From the IMG/VR virus record IMGVR_UViG_2695420478_000007: a stretch of 9,949 nt of DNA; one strand, given 5' to 3'. Position 1 is the stretch's first letter. Every line of letters starts with the position of its first letter. Made by a program: the position numbers and the translations under genes. Below, piece after piece: positions 1 to 8,430 of this stretch. This DNA comes from a virus (lineage: Duplodnaviria; Heunggongvirae; Uroviricota; Caudoviricetes). The notes beneath the pieces were generated by a model. The model saw only the letters and a list, made by a program, of their open reading frames with translations, was not told where the DNA came from and ran no database searches.

Positions 1-15
1 GAGTTGATGGCTCAT
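1..15 (-). CDS. Possible 5' end of a leftward gene that continues beyond the window start (only 5 codons visible: M-S-H-Q-L)
   Basis: ATG at 13-15 on the - strand preceded by a GAGGGA Shine-Dalgarno-like motif 4-5 nt upstream; too short to identify. Confidence 0.2.
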
Positions 16-283
16 GATGTCCCTCTGGGATGCGCTCCGGATGAATATGATGATCTCATATCAGGAACTTGTTCGCACCTTCCCTAGGTTTTTTCAGATA
101 GTTGCATTTTTTAAAAAGCATCCTAAGTTCGATCTCAGTGTCTATCTGGGGCCCATTTCTGTCCCATATATGCCCCAAAAAAACTCCTCAACAGATAAGT
201 AGTTTTTTCATGGAGTTACGCGTAAAATCAATAACGGCTGGAAATCATTCAATACTCGCACTATCGAAAAATTTACCAGCCAA

Positions 284-322
284 CCGCAGCACGTTCTTGC
301 ATAAGGCGTGTCTGCGGTTTTT
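284..322 (+). terminator. Candidate intrinsic terminator hairpin (stem CCGCAG-CACG / CGTG-t-CTGCGG, 13-nt loop, followed by TTTTT)
   Basis: Interrupted ~10-bp GC-rich stem read directly from the sequence, followed by T5 at 318-322; the gene it would terminate is unclear. Confidence 0.3.
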
Positions 323-641
323 CAACTATTCAGATACATCACTCCCATCACATTCATTCCTCCACATCAAAGGCATATAGGCTATATCACCTTGATATTT
401 TTCTTCTTCAGATAAAAACTGTTATCTATGTATACTTTTAAACCCAATCCGTGTAGAGTCTCTGCATAAGATAGTTTGCAGTTGCCACTTCAGCTTGCGC
501 CATAAACCGCCTGATTTTTGCCGCCATCTGTTAGCATTCCTGTATACCTGAAACGACAATGTTTATCTACGAACTTTAAGAACACCCAGGATAAAAATTG
601 TCAACTATATCATATATAACACATTACTAATTCGAGGCTAT

Positions 642-755
642 ATGAACAGCATACTGATAATCACTTCGCTCCTTATCATATTCAGCATTTTTAGTCATGC
701 TCTAATAAAATTAGGGATTGGCATATCCAATAACCCAGACAAAACCGATGTATAA
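642..755 (+). CDS. Hypothetical 37-aa small hydrophobic protein ([37 protein letters not shown]), predicted single transmembrane helix
   Basis: ATG at 642 with GAGG 4-5 nt upstream; N-terminal 20 residues are strongly hydrophobic; lies in the AT-rich leader upstream of ydfK; below the ORF-track length cutoff. Confidence 0.3.
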
Positions 756-823
756 GTCAACATATCCTGAATCAGACATACAATATCGCAATGAAAATCA
801 ATAATATTTTAAGGAATATATTC

Positions 824-1057
824 ATGAAATCAAAAGACACCCTAAAGTGGTTCCCTGCGCAGCTTCCTGAAGTCAGAATTATCCTAGGGGATGCTGTAGT
901 GGAAGTAGCAAAACAGGGAAGACCTATCAATACCAGAACATTGCTTGATTACATTGAAGGAAACATAAAGAAAAAATCATGGCTGGATAACAAAGAATTA
1001 TTACAAACAGCGATATCAGTTCTTAAAGACAACCAAAATTTAAATGGTAAAATGTAA
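824..1057 (+). CDS. ydfK: YdfK/YnaE-family small prophage protein (77 aa), reported cold-shock inducible
   Basis: ORF 791-1057 contains MKSKDTLKWFPAQLPEVRIILGDAVVEVAKQGRPINTRTLLDYIEGNIKKKSWLDNKELLQTAISVLKDNQNLNGKM from the internal ATG at 824, which has AAGGA 8 nt upstream; recognised from memory as the YdfK/YnaE family. Confidence 0.85.
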   Translation: MKSKDTLKWFPAQLPEVRIILGDAVVEVAKQGRPINTRTLLDYIEGNIKKKSWLDNKELLQTAISVLKDNQNLNGKM

Positions 1058-1373
1058 TATAATAAACTTACTTTTTTATCATTTTTCCACTTTAACAACA
1101 TTTTGCTCCACTTTTCCACGACCAAACAACTTGAAATCTGGTTAAAATAACACGCAACACTATTCTTCTTCCTTGAGTCCGCCCGGAACTCGAAAAACAA
1201 ACCGAGTTAAAGCCATTTTTCACAAAATCGATTTTGGGTCTCACCAAAGTTACGGGGTTGCATACGCATTCGTTTATTTTCGAACGTGTACATACAAATA
1301 TGCACAAAAATAATCAAAATTATTTTCTGAGATGCATTATGATATGAACACCAATTTCGTATAGAGTCTCACT

Positions 1374-1964
1374 ATGTCTCGAATTTTTGCTTACTGTCGG
1401 ATATCAACGCTGGATCAGACCACCGAAAATCAACGCCGGGAAATCGAAAGTGCAGGTTTTAAAATCAAACCTCAGCAAATAATCGAAGAACACATTAGCG
1501 GCTCAGCAGCAACCAGTGAGCGTCCTGGTTTTAACCGGTTGCTTGCTCGCCTGAAATGTGGTGATCAATTGATTGTGACAAAACTGGATCGCCTTGGTTG
1601 TAATGCAATGGATATCAGGAAAACAGTGGAACAACTGACCGAAACAGGTATCAGAGTGCATTGCTTAGCATTGGGGGGCATTGACCTGACCAGTCCAACA
1701 GGAAAAATGATGATGCACGTAATTTCAGCAGTCGCTGAATTTGAACGAGACCTTTTACTTGAACGCACTCATTCCGGGATAGTAAGAGCCCGCGGCGCAG
1801 GGAAACGTTTTGGTCGACCACCTGTGTTAAATGAAGAACAGAAACAGGTGGTATTCGAACGAATTAAGTCAGGTGTAAGTATAAGTGCCATTGCCCGGGA
1901 ATTCAAAACCTCGCGGCAAACCATTTTAAGAGCCAAAGCAAAACTTCAGACACCTGACATATAA
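1374..1964 (+). CDS. pinQ: Serine recombinase of the invertase/resolvase family (Pin-type), 196 aa, apparently intact
   Basis: N-terminal catalytic motif YCRISTLDQ (catalytic Ser11), conserved resolvase core (LDRLGCN...), and a C-terminal helix-turn-helix ([19 protein letters not shown]); the tfa gene is adjacent and convergent. Confidence 0.9.
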   Translation: MSRIFAYCRISTLDQTTENQRREIESAGFKIKPQQIIEEHISGSAATSERPGFNRLLARLKCGDQLIVTKLDRLGCNAMDIRKTVEQLTETGIRVHCLALGGIDLTSPTGKMMMHVISAVAEFERDLLLERTHSGIVRARGAGKRFGRPPVLNEEQKQVVFERIKSGVSISAIAREFKTSRQTILRAKAKLQTPDI

Positions 1965-1985
1965 AAAATAATCTCGGTGTGAGAT
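1963..1985 (-). terminator. Weak candidate terminator between convergent pin and tfa (stem ATCTC / GAGAT, loop GGTGT, U-tract on the - strand)
   Basis: 5-bp stem followed on the - strand by a T-rich run (complement of AAAAAATAAT at 1963-1970); low GC content. Confidence 0.25.
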
Positions 1986-2061
1986 GCTTTACGTCTTCCA
2001 AGCCCCCTTCCTTGCCGTAAATGGAGAGATACATCTAATTATAGAATTTATATGTTTTACC

Positions 2062-2637
2062 CTACGGCAGTGCTGGCCATTCAATATCCGGTGCAGTTGA
2101 TGTATCAACACGGTTCAGCAACACCCGATACTTTTTCCAGGCTTCCAGCAACAAGGTTTCTTCCTCCGTTGCGATCTCCAGATCCACAGCATCCTGAAGC
2201 GGCGCTATATGCTCACTGGCTATCTGCATCAGGCTGTTTTTTGTTTCTTCCGCCTCCCGGATCCGGAACAGTTTTTCTGCTTCCGTATCCTTCACCCAGG
2301 CTGTGCCGTTCCACTTCTGATATTCCCCTCCCGGCGATAACCAGGTAACATTTTCCGGTAACGGACCGAGTTCAGAAATAAATAACGCGTCGCCGGAAGC
2401 CACGTCATAAACCGTTTTACCCCGATGATCTTCAACGAGATGCCACGATGCCTCATCACTGTTGAAAACAGCCACGAAGCCTGCCGGAATATCTGGCGGT
2501 GCAATATCGGTACTGTTTGCTGGCAGACCTGTATGAGGCGGAATATATGCGTCACCTTCACCAATAAATTCATTAGTTCCGGCCAGCAGATTATAAATTT
2601 TTATGGTCCGTGGTTGTTCACTCATTCTGAATGCCAT
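2062..2637 (-). CDS. tfaQ: Tail fibre assembly protein (Tfa chaperone), 191 aa
   Basis: Sequence is typical of lambdoid Tfa proteins ([18 protein letters not shown]...); its start overlaps the stop of the upstream tail-fibre fragment (TAATG coupling). Confidence 0.9.
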   Translation of the reverse strand: MAFRMSEQPRTIKIYNLLAGTNEFIGEGDAYIPPHTGLPANSTDIAPPDIPAGFVAVFNSDEASWHLVEDHRGKTVYDVASGDALFISELGPLPENVTWLSPGGEYQKWNGTAWVKDTEAEKLFRIREAEETKNSLMQIASEHIAPLQDAVDLEIATEEETLLLEAWKKYRVLLNRVDTSTAPDIEWPALP

Positions 2638-2945
2638 TACGCAAGCCTCACAATATAGTTAAATGCGATGTTTTTGACGGTGTTTTCCGCGTTACCAGCA
2701 GCGTTAACGGTGATGGTATGTCCATGTGAACCAATCGCAACGGAGTGCGTATGAGCACCAATACCGACAGTATGTGCGTGTGCACCTGCGCTTGCAGCAG
2801 TACCCGATACAGAGTGCGTATGAGCGCCTGCAGAAGAAGTGTTAACACTGTATTTAGAATAATCAGGTGATCCACTTCCCGGAGCACCACTGGAACCACC
2901 TGAAACAAATGTCATCGAATGGGTATGTGCACCGGCTGTCCCCAT
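2637..2945 (-). pseudogene. stfQ: C-terminal fragment of a side tail fibre protein (Stf), 102 codons, with repeated GAHTHS/GAHAHT His-x-His motifs; N-terminal portion absent
   Basis: Gly/Ser/His-rich repeats typical of phage tail-fibre tips; the frame begins at the junction with the J fragment; coupled to the downstream tfa. Confidence 0.8.
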
Positions 2946-4192
2946 GCATTTACCGCCCGGACTGTCAGCCTGTAATTTCCCAGCGCCAGCTGCGTGAAGC
3001 GATATGTGGTTTCCGTCGTCCGGGCCGTGCTGACCAACCGCTCACTGCCGTCGTCCGCTGCCACGGTCAGGCGAAGCATAAAGCTCACCCCCTTCACCAC
3101 CTTCGGCGTGTCCCAGCGCGCCAGCACCTGGTATTCCCCGCTGTCTGCGGTGGCTTCTGCGGTCAGGTGCTGAACTGCTGGCGGCGTGACACCATTCACC
3201 GTGCCGCTCTGGTCACCGTCAAAGTGCGCCCCGTTATCCACGATGGCTTCTTTCTCCGGTACATGCTGCACGGCAGTGATGGCATACGTACCGTCATCGT
3301 TCTCACGGATACTCACACAGCGGAACAGGCGCTGACGCAGCGTCGGCAGCTTCAGCCCCCACACGCTGTACTCGGCAACGCCGTCAGGAACCCGGCTCAC
3401 TTTCACCTTCACGCCGTCGGTGACGGACTGGACCTCCACGCTCACCGGATTACCCTGCCCGTCAACCAGGCTTATCAGCGTGGTGCCGGAGGATGGCAGC
3501 GTGATTTCACGGTCGAGCGTCAGTGTCCGCGTCTGGCTGTTCACCGCCAGCACGCGCCCGCCGATGCTGATCCCCGCATAGTCATCATCACAGATTTCAA
3601 TGACATCACCTGGTACATGGCGAAGCCCTTCGGCACCCACGCTGAAGTCCACGGTCTGCGTTTCCAGCAGTTCCGTTTTAATCAGCCACAGCCCGGCTCG
3701 GTGCGCCTGCCCCCGCCTGGTACAGCCAAAGGCATCCATCTTCGTGACGTTACGACCGTAACGGGCAATGGCCTGCGTGTCCTCCACAAGCTCTGTCGCC
3801 GTCTCCCAGCCGTTATCCGGGTCAATCCAGTTCACCTCAACGGCATTATGGCGGTCCTTCAGGGCGCTGAAGCTGTAGCGGAACGGCGCGCCATCATCCG
3901 GCATCACCACATTACTGCGGTTATAGGTCCACACCTTATCTGATGGTCGGTCCTGCACGAACGTCAGCGTCTGCCCGTTCCATACCGGCATACAGCGCAT
4001 CGCCGAGCAGAAATCACTGAGAACATCCCACGCCTTACGCTGTGTGGTCAGCCAGGCATTACAGGTGATGCGCGGCTCCGTGCCGCCAAAACCGTCCGGC
4101 ACCGACTGGTCGCAACACTGGCCGATGACATACAGCGCCCATTTATCCACATCTGCCGCACCAAGACGTTTACCCATGCCGTAGCGCGGGTG
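2912..4192 (-). pseudogene. Internal fragment of the lambda J-like tail tip / host specificity protein (about 420 codons of central region), lacking N- and C-termini
   Basis: Open frame 2912-4279 contains ...GMGKRLGAADVDKWALYVIGQ...NAWGQ, recognised as the central portion of lambda J; homology begins near 4192 and ends near 2936, where the frame switches to the Stf C-terminus. Confidence 0.8.
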
Positions 4193-4427
4193 GCTGGAGA
4201 TCTGTCTCGCTGGCCTGCCGCAGTTCTTCAACTTCCCGGCGCAGCTTTTCGTTCTCAATTTCAGCATCCCTTTCGGCATACCATTTTATGACGGCGGCAG
4301 AATCATAAAGCACCTCATTACCCTTGCCACCGCCTCGCAGAACGGGCATTCCCTGTTCCTGCCAGTTCTGAATGGTACGGATACTCGCACCGAAAATGTC
4401 AGCCAGCTGCTTTTTGTTGACTTCCAT
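4170..4427 (-). pseudogene. nohQ: N-terminal fragment (about 79 aa) of the terminase small subunit Nu1 homolog, truncated by deletion fusion to the J fragment
   Basis: MEVNKKQLADIFGASIRTIQNWQEQGMPVLRGGGKGNEVLYDSAAVIKWYAERDAEIENEKLRREVEELRQASE matches lambda Nu1 N-terminus including its helix-turn-helix; the frame then diverges and stops; the ATG lies 190 nt from the first base of the cohesive end, as in lambda. Confidence 0.85.
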
Positions 4428-4650
4428 TGTTCATTCCACGGACAAAAACAGAGAAAGGAAACGACAAAGGCCAAAAAGCCCGCTTTCAGCACCTGTCGTT
4501 TCCTTTCTTTTCAGGGGGTATTTTAAATAAAAACATTAAGTTACGACGAAGAAGAACGGAAACACCTTAAACCGGAAAATTTTCATAAATAGCGAAAACC
4601 CGCGAGGTCGCCGCCCCGTAACCTGTCGGATCACCGGAAAGGACCCGTAA
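4428..4650 (-). other. cos: Lambda-type cos site: cosB region (4428-4604), 12-nt cohesive-end sequence (4605-4616, AGGTCGCCGCCC on +, GGGCGGCGACCT on -), and cosQ-side flank (4617-4650)
   Basis: The - strand reads ...CCGACAGGTTACG/GGGCGGCGACCTCGCGGGTTTTCGCTATTTATGAAAATTTTCCGGTTTAAGG..., matching the joined lambda right end and left end as I recall them. Confidence 0.8.
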
Positions 4651-4652
4651 AG

Positions 4653-4667
4653 TGATAATGATTATCA
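4653..4667. promoter_or_regulatory. Perfect 7-1-7 palindrome TGATAATgATTATCA resembling the Fur-box core
   Basis: Palindrome read directly from the sequence; resemblance to the Fur consensus GATAATGATAATCATTATC is from memory; lies just outside cosQ and about 150 bp upstream of ynfO. Confidence 0.25.
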
Positions 4668-4815
4668 TCTACATATCACAACGTGCGTGGAGGCCATCAA
4701 ACCACGTCAAATAATCAATTATGACGCAGGTATCGTATTAATTGATCTGCATCAACTTAACGTAAAAACAACTTCAGACAATACAAATCAGCGACACTGA
4801 ATACGGGGCAACCTC

Positions 4816-5049
4816 ATGTCAACGAAGAACAGAACCCGCAGAACAACAACCCGCAACATCCGCTTTCCTAACCAAATGATTGAACAAATTAACATCGCTC
4901 TTGAGCAAAAAGGGTCCGGGAATTTCTCAGCCTGGGTCATTGAAGCCTGCCGCCGGAGACTGTGCTCAGAAAAAAGAGTTTCTTCTGAAGCAAACAAAGA
5001 AAAGAGTGACATTACTGAATTGCTCAGAAAACAGGTCAGACCAGATTGA
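4816..5049 (+). CDS. ynfO: Small basic hypothetical protein (77 aa), YnfO-like
   Basis: ORF with Arg/Thr-rich N-terminus (MSTKNRTRRTTTRNIRF...); occupies the position between cos and the lysis genes; weak ribosome-binding site. Confidence 0.65.
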   Translation: MSTKNRTRRTTTRNIRFPNQMIEQINIALEQKGSGNFSAWVIEACRRRLCSEKRVSSEANKEKSDITELLRKQVRPD

Positions 5050-5106
5050 AGCAATTTAGATAATCGTGCAGACTACGCCCCCTCATATCACATGGAAGGT
5101 TTATCT

Positions 5107-5517
5107 ATGGATCAGGTAGTCATTTTTAAACAAATATTTGATAAAGTTCGAAACGATTTAAACTATCAATGGTTTTATTCTGAGCTAAAACGTCACAATG
5201 TCTCACATTACATTTACTATTTAGCCACAGAGAATGTTCATATTGTATTAAAAAATGATAATACAGTGTTATTAAAGGGCCTAAAAAACATTGTGTCTGT
5301 CAAATTTTCAAAGGATAGGCATCTTATAGAAACGACCTCTAATAAGCTGAAATCCAGAGAGATCACATTTCAGGAATACAGAAGAAACCTTGCTAAAGCA
5401 GGAGTTTTTCGGTGGGTTACAAATATCCACGAACAAAAAAGATATTACTATACCTTTGATAATTCATTACTATTTACTGAAAGCATCCAGAAAACTACAC
5501 AGATCTTACCACGCTAA
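5107..5517 (+). CDS. ydfO: DUF1398-family hypothetical protein (136 aa), YdfO-like
   Basis: ORF 5092-5517; the internal ATG at 5107 has GGAAGG 7 nt upstream, so the start is assigned there ([11 protein letters not shown]...). Confidence 0.75.
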
Positions 5518-5525
5518 ACCATAAC

Positions 5526-5554
5526 GTCCGGCTTCTCTCACTCCTGAGCCGGAC
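5526..5554. terminator. Hairpin GTCCGGCT / AGCCGGAC with 13-nt loop, just after the ydfO stop
   Basis: 8-bp GC-rich stem but a large loop and a poor U-tract. Confidence 0.25.
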
Positions 5555-5620
5555 TGCATTGGTTTAATAAAAACCATCAACAATTGTGATTTAGATATTC
5601 GGAACCATTCAAATATAACA

Positions 5621-5645
5621 AAACCCCGTAAAAACGAGGTTTATG
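5621..5645 (-). terminator. Candidate intrinsic terminator downstream of gnsB (stem AAACCTCG / CGGGGTTT with one mismatch, followed by a T-rich tract on the - strand)
   Basis: Hairpin plus TTTGTTATATTT tail on the - strand about 25 nt after the gnsB stop. Confidence 0.35.
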
Positions 5646-5668
5646 GATAAATTTTATTATTGAATACA

Positions 5669-5842
5669 TCAGATTAAATTAATCTTGACATCATAGCTTT
5701 CAAGACCCGTCATTTTTTCCCGTGCGGTAAACTGAATACTGGTAACTTCTTTCCCGGTCTTTTTCTTAAGTTCAATAATTTTTTTTGTTATATATTCAGA
5801 AATATCTGCTTCTGCTTTTGTTTTTAAGTTTTCAATATTCAT
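5669..5842 (-). CDS. gnsB: GnsA/GnsB-family small protein (57 aa)
   Basis: Not in the ORF track (below cutoff). Hand translation gives MNIENLKTKAEADISEYITKKIIELKKKTGKEVTSIQFTAREKMTGLESYDVKINLI; GAGGAA lies 5 nt upstream of the second ATG of an ATGATG doublet; recognised from memory as the GnsA/GnsB family. Confidence 0.8.
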   Translation of the reverse strand: MNIENLKTKAEADISEYITKKIIELKKKTGKEVTSIQFTAREKMTGLESYDVKINLI

Positions 5843-6013
5843 CATTTCCTCTTTTAGTCTGTTATGACTTTCCAGTTACACAGTAAGTCGATTATATGGT
5901 GCAAACGTGTAAAAGATAAGATGAAACATCGCAATAATCAACATACGATAGTCTAAATTTTACACAAACAGACAAAGAGAATTTTCCTGAATTATCAATG
6001 CAATAGCATCAAA

Positions 6014-6169
6014 TCAACTCAAGAGCCTTATTGCTGCTTCCAGAATTTCTTCTGAAGTAACATGTCGATCCGCGGCTACATAAATGACTTTATGATCTCC
6101 GGTCAGAGATGGAAACCCTGCGGCCATTACAGTAAGGTGTGTTTTTTCGCCATTTGGATATTCACGCAT
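6014..6169 (-). CDS. ynfN: Small hypothetical protein, YnfN-like (51 aa from ATG at 6169; in-frame alternative starts at 6244 and 6286)
   Basis: Open frame 6014-6286; the longest version overlaps the cspI terminator U-tract, so a downstream start is more likely; GGAG lies about 10 nt upstream of the 6169 ATG. Start choice is uncertain. Confidence 0.5.
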   Translation of the reverse strand: MREYPNGEKTHLTVMAAGFPSLTGDHKVIYVAADRHVTSEEILEAAIRLLS

Positions 6170-6288
6170 GATGGTGTTAACTCCAGTCATCGCTGGCACT
6201 ACCACTGCTGGTTCAGAGTTAAAAAAAACTATGATTTTTTTCATGATGTTACCGTAGTATGTGAGTATCCATCGAATAGACACCAAGC

Positions 6289-6310
6289 AAAAAAGCTCCC
6301 GAAGGAGCCT
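6289..6310 (-). terminator. Intrinsic terminator for cspI: stem GCUCC / GGAGC with UUCG tetraloop followed by U6 (on the - strand)
   Basis: The - strand reads GGCTCCTTCGGGAGCTTTTTT; classic stable tetraloop hairpin plus U-tract. Confidence 0.7.
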
Positions 6311-6515
6311 TCATTTTCACTTTTTTAAATCCAACGACAGACGGCTGGCATTTAAGTATTGTGAAATATTATCAAATGTAATCATCATTGATTTACAAAA
6401 GATACATTTTGCCCCGAAAGGATTCATGTCAGAAACATCAAAAGATGATGTTCTATACTGGGAACCATGACAACACGGGCATCTAAAGTGAATATGGTTT
6501 GTAATATTGTCTACC

Positions 6516-6728
6516 TCAAAGCGCCACTACATGAACAGCGGCAGGACCTTTAGGTCCGTTCTCAATACCAAATTCAACTTCCTGATTCTCAGTTAATGTT
6601 TTGAAATCGTTGCTCTGAATTGCTGAGAAATGGACAAACACATCTTTGCTGCCATCTTTCGGCGTGATGAAACCAAAACCTTTTTCAGGGTTAAACCATT
6701 TCACTAAACCAGTCATTTTGTTAGACAT
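6516..6728 (-). CDS. cspI: Cold shock protein, CspA family (70 aa)
   Basis: [38 protein letters not shown]... carries the RNP1 (KGFGFI) and RNP2 (VFVHF) motifs; C-terminus and prophage position fit cspI. Confidence 0.9.
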   Translation of the reverse strand: MSNKMTGLVKWFNPEKGFGFITPKDGSKDVFVHFSAIQSNDFKTLTENQEVEFGIENGPKGPAAVHVVAL

Positions 6729-6908
6729 AATTATTACCTTTTGAAGAAATTAGCCCTTGGGCAGAATGGTCCGAAAAAAAATATCAGAGAGAAAAACCAA
6801 CAAGGAAATCTCAAGAGGTACAAATAATAAAATTATAACAATGACTGCTTCAGATAAATTTGTAACAAACCAGAACACCATTAACGCATGATTAACCACC
6901 CATAGCAA
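6729..6908 (-). promoter_or_regulatory. cspI promoter and long 5' UTR: -35 TTGCTA (6903-6908), -10 GTTAAT (6880-6885), predicted start near 6872, leader about 145 nt
   Basis: The - strand motif GCGTTAATG...GGTTTG is also found upstream of cspB in this window and resembles the cspA promoter and 5' leader as I recall them. Confidence 0.5.
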
Positions 6909-7090
6909 GGATTACTTTTGTAAAGAAAAACACAGCAATGAAAGAATGGCTTTATTTATTAATAAAACGTGTCATTCTGATTAAGACCTTTTATCTTACC
7001 CTTAAGATTTCAGGAATTTTGGCTCATGGAAGAGTCCTTTTTATTTAAATTTTACATTCCGCGATGTAAATGTTCCGATTTAATATTACC

Positions 7091-8114
<1,024 letters not shown>

Positions 8115-8118
<4 letters not shown>

Positions 8119-8426
8119 AGATATTTATGATGAGGACGCTCGTGCTTATTGGCAGGATTTTCAATCTTAAAGGAGTACTGATGCTGCAGATAAGACTCAA
8201 CTTTTTCTGACAATTTTTCTGCTACTTCCAGGAAGACTTGCCGGACGCTCCTTCTGGCTGCTGCCTCATAAAACTCCAGCGCAGCTCCTTCAACACGGTC
8301 CATGGCGACATCCAGGTCAAAAATTTCACCGTCAAAGCGTTCTTTGTCCTGTAAGGCTACAGTTACCGTAACTTTATTCTCAAAATTACGGACTCCTTTC
8401 ACAACCAGTTCATAGTCTTGAGTCAT
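8115..8426 (-). CDS. ydfR: Hypothetical protein (103 aa), YdfR-like, located between holin and endolysin
   Basis: Open frame with start 4 nt after the holin stop and a stop overlapping the endolysin start; acidic protein with no recognisable motif. Confidence 0.8.
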
Positions 8427-8430
8427 TGGA

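Noticed and set aside
14-380. ORFs 14-202 (+) and 102-380 (+)
   Set aside because: No convincing ribosome-binding site, low-complexity sequence, and the second overlaps the terminator-like hairpin at 284-322; no family recognised.
949-1307. ORFs 949-1200 (-) and 1092-1307 (-)
   Set aside because: Antisense to the ydfK 3' end and intergenic AT-rich DNA; no ribosome-binding site; likely chance frames.
1307-1326. 8-4-8 palindrome AAAATAATcaaaATTATTTT upstream of the recombinase gene
   Set aside because: Composed only of A and T in an AT-rich region, so chance occurrence is likely; noted but not claimed as an operator.
1565-1768. ORF 1565-1768 (-)
   Set aside because: Entirely antisense within the well-supported recombinase gene.
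2052-2908. ORFs 2052-2348 (+), 2292-2573 (-), 2425-2658 (+), 2648-2908 (-)
   Set aside because: Alternative-frame or antisense overlaps of tfa and the Stf C-terminal fragment; the recognisable coding frames explain the region.
2005-2960. Possible inverted repeat (CATTTAC core) at about 2005-2025 and 2941-2960 as recombinase crossover sites flanking tfa and the Stf tip
   Set aside because: Only a 7-mer core with about 13 of 18 matches; expected by chance at this scale; no AAACC..GGTTT Hin-family signature.
2867-3943. 358-aa ORF on the + strand
   Set aside because: Lies antisense to the GC-rich J fragment; Arg/His/Pro-rich composition typical of stop-free antisense frames; no ribosome-binding site or recognisable motif.
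4286-4492. ORF 4286-4492 (-), 68 aa
   Set aside because: Alternate frame spanning cosB and the Nu1 start; would begin inside the cos site; the Nu1 frame is the recognisable one.
4788-5054. ORF 4788-5054 (-)
   Set aside because: Antisense to ynfO with no ribosome-binding site.
6062-6470. ORFs 6062-6328 (+) and 6261-6470 (+)
   Set aside because: Antisense to ynfN and to the cspI 3' region; span the UUCG terminator; no ribosome-binding site.
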